Below are positions 63,925 to 64,000 of a DNA stretch of 64,000 nt, piece after piece. The stretch comes from Mobula birostris. Taxonomy: Eukaryota. Positions within the stretch are counted from its first letter, which is position 1; every line of letters starts with the position of its first letter. The notes beneath the pieces are model-generated. The model ran no database searches. It worked only from the letters and a program-made list of their open reading frames with translations, and was not told the origin of the DNA. The translations under genes and the position numbers were made by a program. The stretch lies in the NCBI RefSeq assembly GCF_030028105.1, contig NC_092372.1, positions 170,630,058 through 170,694,057 on the forward strand, given 5' to 3'.

Positions 63925-64000
63925 AAATCAAATCAAGTTTAAGTATCATTCATGGATACAGTCAAATGAGACAGTGTTCCTCTGGGGCCAAGGTGCATAA
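63925..64000 (-). mobile_element. 3' end of the 24764-25480 family, cut by the window edge
   Basis: atcaagtttaagtatcattc...gttcctctggggccaaggtgca. Confidence 0.6.

Overview
Eukaryotic, AT-rich, repeat-dense non-coding DNA. The repeat repertoire (abundant CR1, Rex1/Babar, Penelope-derived hairpins, V-SINE and Deu-domain SINE) points to a cartilaginous fish, probably a ray (inference). I found no intact host protein-coding gene, rRNA, tRNA gene or CRISPR array. Essentially every ORF in the track with a recognisable motif is a decayed transposon fragment. Three things stand out. (1) A nest of about 12 kb at 46.0-58.0 kb can be unpicked into six layers using target-site duplications (TSDs) and a gag frame that rejoins after excision: Penelope hairpin > CR1 tail > chromodomain Gypsy > CsRn1-type Gypsy > CR1 > Penelope hairpin. 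(2) A family of short Penelope-derived fold-back elements carries minimal type-I hammerhead ribozyme motifs; the best copy is at 23886-24122, with a 13-bp TSD and a hammerhead motif on each strand. (3) A repeat-free island at about 32.05-32.5 kb has a tight PBX-HOX + MEIS motif pair and FOX/TCF/AP-1 sites and is a candidate conserved enhancer. Also present are two Tc1 elements, a nested mariner MITE, further Gypsy remnants and several SINE families. I cannot show that any of this is a previously undescribed system; the hammerhead hairpins and the enhancer-like island are the best leads. Boundaries without a stated TSD are approximate.
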